In this document: piece by piece, positions 13,136-24,413 of the stretch
Numbering within the stretch: position 1 is the stretch's first letter
Layout of the letters: each line of letters begins with the position of its first letter
DNA from: Somniosus microcephalus
Taxonomy: Eukaryota
Direction of reading: 5' to 3'
Length of the DNA stretch: 64,000 nt
Assembly (NCBI GenBank): GCA_052327205.1
Contig: CM126206.1
Span: 81,778,001 to 81,842,000 of the forward strand
The notes under the pieces: generated by a model
Told to the model about the DNA's origin: nothing
The model's database searches: none
The model's input: the letters and a program-made list of their open reading frames with translations, nothing else
Program-made: the position numbers and the translations under genes

Positions 13136-13516
13136 GTTGCCATTATCCCTCCTGTTTTAATACTACTGCTTGGAAGATGGTGCTGTGGTTTGTTCGAAGG
13201 AACTGTACCAGTCCACCTCAGGCTAGCTTGCTCCTTTAAACATCTTGGCATCTGGCCTTTCCCTCTTGCTGGCAAGAAGAACGGCAGCAAAAATAAGACA
13301 AACAAAAAGGTGCCGTCACCTTCAGGCAAAACAAGTTCATTACCTGAATTCCTAACCTCTCCGAGACAGGTGTCCATTGCTGGACAGCAAAGAAAAATAC
13401 TTAGGGTGACATTCTGGCTCCATGTGTTGGAATTGGATAATGTGGCCTTGCAAACTGCAATTCCCAAGATCATCATGCAACTGTGCCAGCATGGTGAAAT
13501 GAAGCTACAGTCAAAG

Positions 13517-13689
13517 GGAAGGAAAATTGGAGGATTGGTTGGGAGAATTTTAACTTTGGCCGATTGTGTAAAATAAATAGAAATTAAAATCGGGAGCGAT
13601 GTTTAACGGGCTGCTGATCCGATATTACCCATTTTACACTATCGTCCGAAGTCAAAATTCCCCCGAACCAGTCCGCCAATTTTCCTTCC
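13517..13689. repeat. Nested inverted repeat / Harbinger-type MITE
   Basis: Outer arms GGAAGGAAAATTGGAGGATTGGTT / AACCAGTCCGCCAATTTTCCTTCC. Inner arms GGGAGAATTTTAACTTTGG / CCGAAGTCAAAATTCCCCC. Confidence 0.6.
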
Positions 13690-15686
13690 TTTTAGCCACT
13701 GTCACATATCTAGAGATTGGCTACACAGCAACATCAGCAGTGGCCTGGGAGCAGGTCTGTCCTCTCAGATGGAGCTGATGCATGGTGCAGTGAAATTCAG
13801 GAAGGACACAAAAGAAAAGAATAGTTAAAACTTTACTATTTGAGTCATCTATCAGATCAATTCTCCAAGTCAGTCTGCAAAATGGGCACTTTGCCATGCA
13901 ATCTTTTAAATAGATTATATTATTTCTGTAAATTGAATATACATAATTTATTGTGCCACAGTGAAACAACTGCTTCTTTTTGGAACAGTCACCACAGTCC
14001 TGGGTGTGAGAGCGGGGCTGAGACAAGGAATTCAATCCACTTTTTGTAACTGCCAACAGAATTCTATTAATTTTAGTTTACAAAATCAAAAAAAAAATAT
14101 TGCTTTTAATTTTGATGTACAAACATTTATTTTAATTACATTTATTTTTAGATTTAGATTAACCTCTTGCATGGATTCCAATGGTATGTTATTTATTTGG
14201 AATTATACAAATTTTCTTACTACAGAAGTCACAGAACTTTTAAAATTAATGATCAATTTTTAAAGTGGGCTATTAACTACATTCATTGATGGTATACTTC
14301 TGTTCGTAGAATAAATTCTCCACTATTTATCTCCATATTCAGTTGGTATTTTAGTATTAACAGAATGCCACAGGGAATATTTCTGCCAGAAACTGATGTC
14401 ACTTTTGCTACAGCACAGCACTGTCAAGACAGACCAGCTTCTCAAAACATAGGCTAGTAAGCCACTGGGAATAGCACTGACAGAAACACTGCAGCATGTT
14501 TTCACCACGAGGACTTGTATTATTTTGGACAAAAAAGCAACAAATGTGTTTGTCACAAAGAAATCATCAAAAAAACTACCAGTGATTGACTTAGGTGTGT
14601 TATTTGTAGGGATGTCATGATATGGAAATGTCACAGTATGATAAATGTAGCAAAATTATTGACACATTTGAGATAGTGGTATGGAATTTAGTCAACAAAA
14701 TGCTTTAGAAATAGAGGTTCTTCTGATTTAGTGCGATCCCATCACTAGTGCTTTGGCTAATATTGCCTGTTGCTATTATACATCAAAAAAGTTTGCATTA
14801 GAGAAGGTGCAACATTCATGGTAGCGCAAACTTTCAGAGCAAGGTGGTTTGGGCCTTCTTAAAATGTCTTTAAGGTGAGAACAGCTTTTAAAGAGGATCT
14901 CTCATTCTAAATATGCCTTTATCAATCAGTGGCTGAGCTTTGCAGTGGATGGTCATCAGTCGAAAACAATTAGGTTAGTCGCCATAATGTTTACAGTGGG
15001 GGTAATCATACAAGTCCACACTGGTCAGACAGTGGGCTGATTTTCATCACTTCTGCTGAATGGGAATGGGGTAGTACCGCGATTCAAAATGTCCTGTTCC
15101 CGCTGAAATCTGATTTGCAGCCATTTTGGTTGGGGCCTTGAGATGAGTGTCCAGGCACATGCCAGAAACATGCAGGAGGCTCACTAGCCTGTACAAATCG
15201 GGGTCCTATGGCAAAGCAATTTTGAAGTACCAACGGACAGAGCATGCACAGCATATGCTCCGACCATTGATACTCAGCACTAAGTAGCTTAACCAGTGTT
15301 CCTCCAAGGGACTGCTGCAGGCTGTTCCTAAAGAGTTAGTGAATGCTTCTCTTGGGCCCACAAAATTCAACCCCTGAAATGTCCGACCCTCTGTGCTCGA
15401 ATTCGCCTCCCCACCCCAATTTTACTTGCCATGACCAGCTGGGCTCCAGTAGATTTGCCGTCCTTTCTGATTGGCAAGTTGCTCCAAATGCAGCTCGCCG
15501 ACGGAATGGCAATGAGGCCCGACCGTGAAAACTGATTGGAATTCAGACCACTTGCACTGGGCAGGTGGTGTATTCGTTCTGCCAGCCTTTTACCCAATGA
15601 TAGTAGTCACATGAATGCCTACCCCAGTGTTTGAATTTCCAGTGTGCAACATTGCCTGCCAGCTGTATGGACTCATAAAATTAGAA

Positions 15687-16132
15687 GGAACTTGCTTTTA
15701 TATACCTTTCATGACCTCAGGATGTCTCAAAGCACTTCACAGCCAGTGAATTACATTTGAAGTGTAGTCACTACTGTAATGTATACAACCACAGCAGCCA
15801 ATTGGCACACAATAAGGTCCCACAAACACCACGAGTTCAATGACAAGATCATCTGTTTTAGTGATATTGGTGGAGGGATACATGCTAGCCAGGACACCAG
15901 GAGAGTTCTCTTCTTCAAATAGTGACATGGGATATGTTATGTCCATCTGGGAAGGCAGACGGGTCCTCAGTTTAACATCTCATCTGAAATACAGAACCTC
16001 TGACAATGCAGCACTCCCTCAGTACTGCACTGAAGTGTCAACCTAGATTATGTGCTCAAATCCTGTAGTGAAGCTTAAAACCCACAACCTGCTGACTCAG
16101 AGGCAAGAATGCTACCCACTGAGCTGAGGCTA
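15687..16132 (-). mobile_element. tRNA-derived DeuSINE (SacSINE1-like)
   Basis: Minus strand shows a tRNA-like head (GCTCAGTGGGTAGCA...GTGGGTTTTAAG), a Deu-domain-like GATGAGATGTTAAACTGAGG, and an L2-type tail. Confidence 0.72.
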
Positions 16133-16974
16133 AAACCTTGAATTACCTGGAATAAATCCTCTTTCTATTTATAAATCCCACTGTTTGTGTTCTAGCAATT
16201 CTATGTTGAAGGAATACCGTAAGAAAGGTGAAAGCATAAAAATTTCACCCTGGAAAATTCCAGAATTACATAATAAAAGCAGCAAATGCAGGCTAGAATT
16301 AACAAATCCAAATGTTTAATTTATTTTTTACTCGACCCCCAAAATACCATTTGAACAGATGCTGGAGGCACAGGATTGAGAAATTTGCCCTAATCTTCTA
16401 TTATTTGTATTGCAGGGAAACACGAAAGTGCATTTTTTTGCAATGGGGGAGTTGAACTATTTTGATGGAATCACCAGCACTGAAAATGCGAGATTTATTT
16501 CCTAGGAAGTTCTAGCAGCATGGCCTCCTCACCAGGAAATCTTGATTATATAATTTTTTTTTACAGCTTTAAGTGCTTTTGTCATTCTTTAGGAGTTTAC
16601 TGTAATTCTGCCCTTGAAGCCAGAAATAATTTATTCTGGAATAGTTACAGATGTTTAAAATATTACAATATAGTTGTTACAAGCTGCGATTGACTCTTGA
16701 TATTTGCACTATCGGAAGATAATACATAAATAGCATGATATAGCAGGCCTACGTGTACCATAGTTGAATAATGTAATGATGTAACAACAAATGGTCCTGG
16801 ATTTTGCGCGTGGAATGAAGGAAGCTCTTCCCTTGCACACCTAGCAGTTCTGAACAATGAAGAAAAACTGATTGACTGCAAGTCTTAAACATCAGAAGCT
16901 TAACCTATATTGGGATTTTGCTGTCATTGAAGAAAGATGAGAAAGACAAAAGTGACCATCAACTCTTCTCAATT

Positions 16975-17335
16975 TAGTCCTGGAGGACTGCATTGTGGCA
17001 TTGCTGGCAGGGCCGTCATTCATTGCCCTTGAGAAAGTGATGGTGGGCCTTCTTCTTGAACCGCTGCAGTCCGTGTGGTGAAGGCGCTCCCCAATGCTGT
17101 TAAGTAGAGAGTTCGAGGATATTGGCCCAGCAACAATGAAGGAACAATATATGTGCAAGTCAGCATTGTTTGTGACTTGGAGAGAAACCTGGAGGTGATG
17201 GTGTTCCCATGCAGCTGCCTTTCCCATGCCGTTCTGCTTCTAGATGATAGAGGTTGTGGCTTTGGGTGGTGCTGCTGAAGAAGCCTTGGCAAGTTGCTGC
17301 ATTGTGCCTTGTAGATAGTACACACGGCAGCCACT
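16975..17335 (-). mobile_element. 3' fragment of the CR1/L2-group LINE family seen at 56700-59603
   Basis: Reverse complement resembles 59225-59575 (AAAWEHHHLQV, SFIVAG). Confidence 0.75.
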
Positions 17336-18761
17336 AGATCCTCAGATAAGTTCACCAAAAACACAATGGGTTCGAATTTCCACGGGGGTTCTCCCGATCT
17401 CCTGCCTTAACTGCAATAGAAGATCGGCGCAAACCCCAGGGAACTGATGTAAATGGCTGTTTACACCATTTCTCTGTGATTTACAATGATCTTCCACTGA
17501 AGTTACCAATATCATCTATGAAAAGAGGTGCCGCAATACTTTCACCAATGCCCAACTTCAAAGTCACCTTTTACAATGCCATCCAACACATCACTGTTAG
17601 GGACGTTTAGTACGATACATAGCAGGCGCCAATTTTGTCTCACTCTTTTTTTGCAAAGGTAAGTTCAGTGAGTCTCTCATCTACTATTACACAGATCTTG
17701 GAGCTGGAATACACATTCAAGGTTTGTCCACGCATTCCCATAGCTTCTTTCTTCTTAAGGACCAAATAAGACACAAGGTCAAAAGCCTGTTGATAATCGC
17801 TGAAAACAATATCAATAGGTTTCCCCTTAGTCTTATGATGCTCAGCAATGTCATAAATCTACAATGTGGAAAAATCCAGCCCGTCGTTTTCTGAAGCGAC
17901 TGACCTCCATACCTTCTGACTTGCATGCCATGGCAACCTAAAGAACTACTTTAAAAGCCATTAATATCAGCAAGATACCTCACCAGTTTTCAGGCTTGCT
18001 AGGATCCTCCTTCTTGTAGAAACCACAGCTGCACTCCAGAACACCAAGGGTATGTGTACCTCAAGCAGAATCCTAACCACCGTAGAAGTATCTCCAAAGC
18101 AAATTGATATACCTTAAATAACTACAAAGACTGGTAGTTATAACTCAAACAGTTGGCTTTTATTAGCTTAGAACTGGACAGAACAGAACACACATGTTAG
18201 GCTACTGACCAGCTTCTCAGAACTGCCAGGAGGCGGAGCCAGGGGCGAAGTAACAGTATCAGGACAATCAATGGCACAGCAGAGTGGTATACAGTACATC
18301 AGCATTCCTGGCCAACCAAGAAAGCCGCAGGGTTACAATAGATTACAATAGGAAACTATACACAGGTAGAATAAGGTATATCCTTATGACTTATTTCACC
18401 ACACAAATCAAACCTGTCACTATTCTCTAAGACCATTACCATTTCCCTCCCTTGCCTTAGAGCAGCAAACAAATGCTGACATTTCGCATGTACGCCGCCC
18501 TGATTGTACACTTTACACCACTCTCTCCAGTATACTGCCTTAAAAATGCAGACTGCCTGCATGAAATGCTGGCTGCTGGCATGTATGATATTGTCTGCAA
18601 GACTTTTTCTTTGAACCTGCAAAAGGTTTGAAACACAGAAACGAGACTTACAAAGCAGTTTGGAAATTATGAGAAATATTCTGCTTTTTTTGCAAAACTG
18701 AAACAGATTATAACCACAATAAGCAGTAGCAAGCCAGATTGGCAGTTATTGTGGAATACTG

Positions 18762-19021
18762 GGGGTGAAATTGGTGTTCGGCAATAAGTGAACTAGGTAT
18801 TAGCGAATCCGCAGCTCATTTTACACCATGCCCAATTTTCTTTTCCATCGAATATTTGAGGGTGAAGTTGGTCTTCGCCCATAGCGCAAAACGAGCGATA
18901 ACAACTCGTTTTACACCTCCCCAGATTTTCTTTTCCATTGGCTTCAATGCAGAAGAAAATCAAATGGGATGTAAAACGAGCTGCCGATTCGCGAGCGCCC
19001 ATTTTGTGCCAATTTCGTCCC
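18762..19021. mobile_element. Short Harbinger-type MITE(s), partly duplicated
   Basis: Ends GGGGTGAAATTGG ... CCAATTTCGTCCC, with a second GGGTGAAGTTGG inside. Related to 61335-61488. Confidence 0.5.
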
Positions 19022-19596
19022 TTTTAGCTCTCTTTTTCTCATCTGACAAGGCACCAGTCAGCTAACTTTCAGAGCATGCTGCAAAAAAAGACAACTTACA
19101 TACTCAAGAAAATTAATTGTTTTTTTCTGAATTTAGGGCATTTCCTGAATCTAGGTCCAAAAAAAAAAATCAATGAAATCAGCTGTCAGCAAATTTTTTT
19201 GGGTCACAAACAAAAGAGAATTGCTTGTAATCAGAAAACTATGGGCTAGATTTTCAGTTTAGGCAGTTTTGGGGCGCTAGCTTTAGCGCCCGCCCGAAGT
19301 TAGCGCCCGCCCCAAAGTAGCGCCCCGTTGCCGGGAATTCAGTGGCTTCGCCCTAAGAGGTTGGTGGAGCGCTAAAAGAGGCGTTCCACTACTCTCTTTA
19401 GGCGCTAAGCCGGCGGTCCAGAGGGATAGCGCCCAGGCGGGGCGCAGCACGGGTGCGGTCATTTTTGCACTGACAGCAGACCCCGTGGTGCCGACCAGCT
19501 CTTAAAGGGGGAAGGGACGAATTAGTCTGCTGCCACGCCCTGCACACTGCAGCCTTGCAAAGAGGCCTCAACACTACTGCTCAGCCCCAGGGAGTC

Positions 19597-21645
19597 ATGG
19601 CAACGCCAGAGAAGGCCCGTCAGCGTGCCCTGCGCTTCTCAGAGGGTGATCTGGACATCATGCTCACAGCTCTGGAGGTGAGGCGCAAGATCTTGTTTCC
19701 AGACAGTGGGAGGAATCCAACCCACCACGACTACACCAAAGCCTGGAAGCAGATCGCCCAGAGGGTGACATTCACCGGCGAGGCCCCCAGGACCCACACA
19801 CAATGCCGTAAGAAGTACAACGATCTGACCAGGATTGTGAGGGTGAGTAGCCTTTCCAGTCTCCTCCTCATTCTTGCATGTACACCTGACATGATGGGCA
19901 AAGGGACCTGAAAGTCCTTTTGGCCAGCCCTCAGCCAGCAGCATTGGGACAGTCATGAGCATCAAATGGCCATTCGGCACTCTACACTTTGGCCAAGCTA
20001 TTCCACCATGGGAGGCAGTGCACACTACATCAGGGCTTCACTCTGTCCAAGCTATTCCACCATGGGAGGCAGTGCACACTACATCAGGGCTTCACTCTGT
20101 CCAAGCTATTCCACCATGGGAGGCAGTGCACACTACATCAGGGCTTCACTCTGTCCAAGCTATTCCACCATGGGAGGCAGTGCTCACTACATCAGGGCTT
20201 CACTCTGTCCAAGCTATTCCACCATGGGAGGCAGTGCACACTACATCAGGGCTTCACTGCGCACTTACAGCCCGTCCTTTCTCTTGCAGGCTAAAGTAGC
20301 GTTTAATCGCCAGGCCCGTGCCAGGGGTGGCCGCGCCAAGCTGCAGAAGCTCACTCGGCTGGAGGAGCGCGTGTGTGTGCTCATGGGAGCACGTGTGATT
20401 GTCCCCACAGCGTGCGGTGTATCCGACCCTCCACTGCCCGGCAATGGTAAGGACCTCGCCTTTTGGCCCTCTCGCGTCGCACTGGCCCATCCGAGCTACC
20501 TCCTTTGCCACTGTCCCACCAATGCGCTGAATCCCACCAGTCCTAACTCCCTCGCTGACGCCGTCTCCTCACTCTGAAGCTACTCTTGTGCATTCCTGCT
20601 TTCAGCTGGTGACGACCAGGACCCTGAGGCTGCCAGTGACAGCACCTCCAACCAGGAGGAGGAGGAGGAGCAAGCCGGACCTTCGGGGGAACAGTCACGT
20701 CCCGCAGGAGAGGAGGAAATGCTCGACACCTCCTCACTGGACGAGTGCCTGGAGGAACTGTCGCAGGGCAATGCAGCTTCTGGGACCAGTGGCGTCCAGC
20801 CACCCAGCAGCCGTGCACGTGGCCCGCGGCCTTCCCCCCAAAGGGGGGAAGGATCAGAGGGGAGTGCTGCTGCTCGGCACACTCGCCGTCACCAACGCGG
20901 CAAGGGTCCCCTAGTTCGGCCCCCTCCTCCCCAGCGGGAGAGTCGCGACTCCAGTCCGGACACCTTCACTTCGGAGGAGGTGCGGAAGCTCGATCAGATG
21001 GCCGACGACTCGGACCGGCGCCACACGGAGCTCATGAGCGTGGTGGGGCGCATGCCTGAGGCCATCGAGTCGCTGGCGACCAGTGTGCGCGAGTTCGGGG
21101 CAGCAACTGCCGCGACTGGCCGCATGCTAACTGATGCCGTCAAGACCCTGGCGGATGTGATGCGCGCGCACACCAGGACCACAGGGCCACTCACTGCTGC
21201 CACACGCGCTGTCTCAGGCAGGCATCGCCAGGGCAGGCGCCGCGCTGGACCATCCCAGCAAGCCGGCCGTCGGCTGATTGCTGCGGATCCTGCAGTGCGG
21301 GCCCGGCCGAGTGCCACCGCGCCACAGCACCAGCCAGCGCATCCCAGACGCCAGCTGGCCCACATTGCACCATCCGTCGCCGCCATTCCCCCTCTGGGGC
21401 GTCAAGGGCAAGCGGCTGCAGCTGATGGTGGCCAGGCTCAGGCGCGCCACTCAGGAGACGGCCCCTCGAGGCCCAAACGCCGTGTAGGCCGCCCCCCAGC
21501 GGCATCTGGCGGAAGGGCATCTGAGCCTCAGGCGCCTTCCCCCAGCCTCGCAGCAGCCACTGGGCAGAGCTTGCGAAGGAGCAGCAGGCAGGGCAGGGGA
21601 GGCAAAATGCTGGCCAAGGTCTCGCCCTCGCGGGCCACTCAGTAG
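19597..21645 (+). CDS. Harbinger Myb/SANT-like DNA-binding protein, 3 exons (19597-19842, 20290-20446, 20606-21645), about 480 aa
   Basis: Exon 1 reads RFSEGDLDIML...LFP...AWKQIA...RTHTQCRKKYNDL (trihelix). Donors GTGAGT (19843) and GTAAG (20447), acceptors TTGCAG and TTTCAG. Phases 0 and 1 join in frame with no stops through to the 20719-21645 ORF. Confidence 0.85.
19993..20259 (+). repeat. 54-bp minisatellite, about 5 copies, in intron 1 of the Harbinger Myb gene
   Basis: Unit CCAAGCTATTCCACCATGGGAGGCAGTGCACACTACATCAGGGCTTCACTCTGT starts at 19993, 20047, 20101, 20155 and 20209. Units are near-identical. Confidence 0.95.
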
Positions 21646-22008
21646 AGGGTGTGGCCAGCTTTCCTTTAATATGGCGGTGGCCATCTTTATTTTGCCCATG
21701 GTTGTGCTTTTGGAGGGCTTTTTTTTTGCGTTAGGCCGACGTTGAGGCCCGGTTTCAATAAAGGTGGAGTGGCTCCTCCCCAGTTTGTGGGAGTGAGTCG
21801 TTTGTTGGGCTTTTTGTGGGGCCCGTTTATTGTTTTTGGGGATTCATGTGGGAAGGGCTTTTCATTTTTGTTTAATAAAAAATTATCTTTATTCATGCAG
21901 TCTCCATGGTTGTTCTTCTTAGTGTTTGTTGGCTTCGCCGGCTGAGGGCTTGCGGAGCGGCTGCATTCATCTTCCCTCATGGCCCCTGGCCATTCCCTGA
22001 CAGGGGGC

Positions 22009-23169
22009 TTAGAAGTACCGTGTAATAAGGTGGCGTCGTGCGGCCCTTGGCCCTGGTCGCTCCCTCCTGGGAACGTACTCCTGCTCCTCCTCCTCCTCCT
22101 CCTCCTCCTCCTCATGCTCCTCCTGCTCCTCCTCCTGAGGTGCTGGTCCAACGTCAGGTGGCAGTGCCTGAGTCCTGCGGATAGCCAGGTTGTGTAGCAT
22201 GCAGCAAACCACCACAAATTGGGAGACCCGGTCCGGCGAATACTGGAGAGCTCCTCCGGAGCGATCAAGGCAGCGGAACCGCTGCTTGAGGACCCCAATA
22301 GTTAGCTCGATGATGTTGCGGGTGGTTTGATGGCTCTCGTTGTAGGCCTCTTCAGCAGCGGTCCTGGGCGCGCGGAGCGGGGTCATGAGCCAGGTGCACA
22401 AAGGATAGCCTTTGTCCCCGAGTAGCCATCCTCTTGGGGGAGGCTGTGCCTGGAACATGTCATGCACAGTACTCTGCCGCAGGATAAAGGCATCGTGGCT
22501 GCTGCCTGGGAAGCTGGCATTGACTGCCATGATGCGCTGCTTGTGGTCACAGACCAGCTGCACATTCAGAGAATGGTAGCCCTTCCTGTTGCGATACTGC
22601 TCGCCATGCTCCAGAGGGGCCCGCAAAGCCACATGCGTACAGTCAATGGCGCCCTGCACCAAGGGGAATTCCCCGAGTCTGGAAAATCCCAATGCGCGCT
22701 GATGCTGGCTCTCCAGGGCCATGGGGAAGGAGATGAATTGGCTTCTCCTTCTGAACAGTGCTTCGGTCACCTGGCGGATGCAGCGATGCGCGCCGTACTG
22801 GGAGATGTTTGCTATGTCCCCAGCAGCGTATTGGAAGGAGCCGGTGGCATAGAAGTTCAATGCCACTGTCACCTTCACTTCCACCGACAGAGACGTCCTG
22901 CACCTGAGCTTTGGCCGCAGATCTCGGCGAAGCAGGTGGCAGATCTCTGCAATCACCCCCTTCCGGAATCGGAGCCTTTTAACACATCGCGCGGCACTCA
23001 TGTTTAGGTAGGAGCGCTGCTGGCGGTATAGCCTGACTGGGTAAGGCCTACGTGGCCGACGCCTGTAGCCCCCTCTGCCTCTAGCCAGGGCTGCCCCTCT
23101 CACAATACGTCTGCGAGCCCTACGGACATGGAGCTGCAGCTCCGCGTTGGCACCCCATGCAACCCCCAT
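22009..23169 (-). CDS. Harbinger (HARBI1-like) DDE transposase, about 386 aa, uninterrupted
   Basis: ATG at 23169. Motifs VALNFYATGSFQ (HTH region), [64 protein letters not shown], and an acidic tail. Confidence 0.95.
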   Translation of the reverse strand: MGVAWGANAELQLHVRRARRRIVRGAALARGRGGYRRRPRRPYPVRLYRQQRSYLNMSAARCVKRLRFRKGVIAEICHLLRRDLRPKLRCRTSLSVEVKVTVALNFYATGSFQYAAGDIANISQYGAHRCIRQVTEALFRRRSQFISFPMALESQHQRALGFSRLGEFPLVQGAIDCTHVALRAPLEHGEQYRNRKGYHSLNVQLVCDHKQRIMAVNASFPGSSHDAFILRQSTVHDMFQAQPPPRGWLLGDKGYPLCTWLMTPLRAPRTAAEEAYNESHQTTRNIIELTIGVLKQRFRCLDRSGGALQYSPDRVSQFVVVCCMLHNLAIRRTQALPPDVGPAPQEEEQEEHEEEEEEEEEEQEYVPRRERPGPRAARRHLITRYF

Positions 23170-23844
23170 CAAATCCTGGCAAACACTCTAATTTCCAAAT
23201 GGCCACTTGCAGCGCTGTTGCCTGAGTCCAAAAATACCTGGCTCTTGCTGCTTGAAACCAGTTAGCTATCCTCCTTGTTGTGTCTCCAGAAATGCGTTGC
23301 ACAAGACTGTTTTCTGAAATAATGGATGGCCTTTATACTGGAGAGGACGTTCCCTTTAATTAGCGCCCCCCGGGGCCCGCGCTGGTTGTGTTGCGTTCCT
23401 TTTTCCAAACGCTCCGGCCGCCCGCCGCACAATGGGGCGGTCCGACTGAAGTTTGCAATCGGGGCGGCCAAAGGGCGTTGCACGAGGATGTGACGTCATT
23501 TTCTGCGCGCGCATCCGGGCGGGCGCTAAACTTTGCGCCGGCGCTAACGGGCAACTTAATTTGGGGCGGGGCGCAAACTGCGCTGCGCCCGGGCGCTACA
23601 CGCATAGCGCCCGGAAATCACTTCTCTTAAGGCGCTAACTGCTGGCGCAAGCAACTGAAAATCTAGCCCTTTGTGTTTAATCTGCAAAACAATTAGGAGG
23701 AAATATATTTATATAGTCAATATCCTGTGGTGTTGTACAAGGGGAGTCAAGACCAAGGAGGTAACTTTCAACCTACCCTGCCCGACGGGAAACTGATGGG
23801 GTCGGATTGGCCGCCTGTTTTAAAGCCTGCTCGTTCCATAATGG

Positions 23845-24121
23845 ATAATATAAGATAGTCACTAATAAATCCAATAGGGAATTCAGGAGAAACTTCTTTT
23901 CCCAGAGAGTGGTTAGAATGCGGAACTCGCTATCACAAGGAGTAGTTGAGGTGAATAGCATAGATGCATTTAAGGAGAAGCTAGATAAGGGAGAAAGGAA
24001 TAGAAGGTTATGTTGATAGGGTTAGATGAAATGGGGTGGGAGGAGGCTCATGTGGAGCATAAACACCAGCATGGAGCAGTTGGGCCAAACGGCCTGTTTC
24101 TGTGTTGCATATTCTATGTAA
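23845..24121 (+). mobile_element. CR1 3'-end fragment (different subfamily)
   Basis: RRNFFSQRVVRMRNSL-type RT terminus followed by a CR1 tail ending ATTCTATGTAA. Confidence 0.8.
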
Positions 24122-24413
24122 TAATTGGAGCAGAGCATGCAAATGTAATTCTTTCATTATACAGTATATTCTTTCATTATTTTATTATAATTAATTTTAT
24201 ATTATTATTTTATATTGTTATTAAATAGCAAACGGCAATTTGGGAAGTCGAGAAGTAGACTTGATTGAAGCATGGGAGTTTCTCTGTAGTACAGGCAGAA
24301 TAGCTGGAAGATGCAAAATGTGGGTGCTACCATGCCACTACTGGTGGGAGGGTGTAATTACAGCATGACAAGTTTACATAGGCAGTGTGAACATAGGAAT
24401 TTATAATGGATAA

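Larger units (their letters stand above)
19243..23669. mobile_element. Full-length, apparently intact PIF/Harbinger DNA transposon (4.4 kb)
   Basis: Perfect 17-bp TIRs GGGCTAGATTTTCAGTT (19243-19259 / 23653-23669). Flanks TAT / TTT. Convergent Myb/SANT and transposase genes. Subterminal TAGCGCCC repeats at both ends. Confidence 0.95.

Noticed and set aside
19993-20259. Possible CRISPR array or repeat protein (ORFs 19955-20299, 19966-20577, 19989-20294)
   Set aside because: Units are contiguous with no unique spacers and no cas genes. The repeat lies in a GT-AG intron of a eukaryotic transposon gene.
21687-22298. Arg-rich and Leu-rich ORFs
   Set aside because: They are alternative-frame or antisense readings of the transposase's (GAG)n acidic tail.
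22009-23169. Host HARBI1 gene
   Set aside because: It sits between perfect TIRs with a Myb partner gene and has a decayed paralogue in the window, so it is a transposon ORF.
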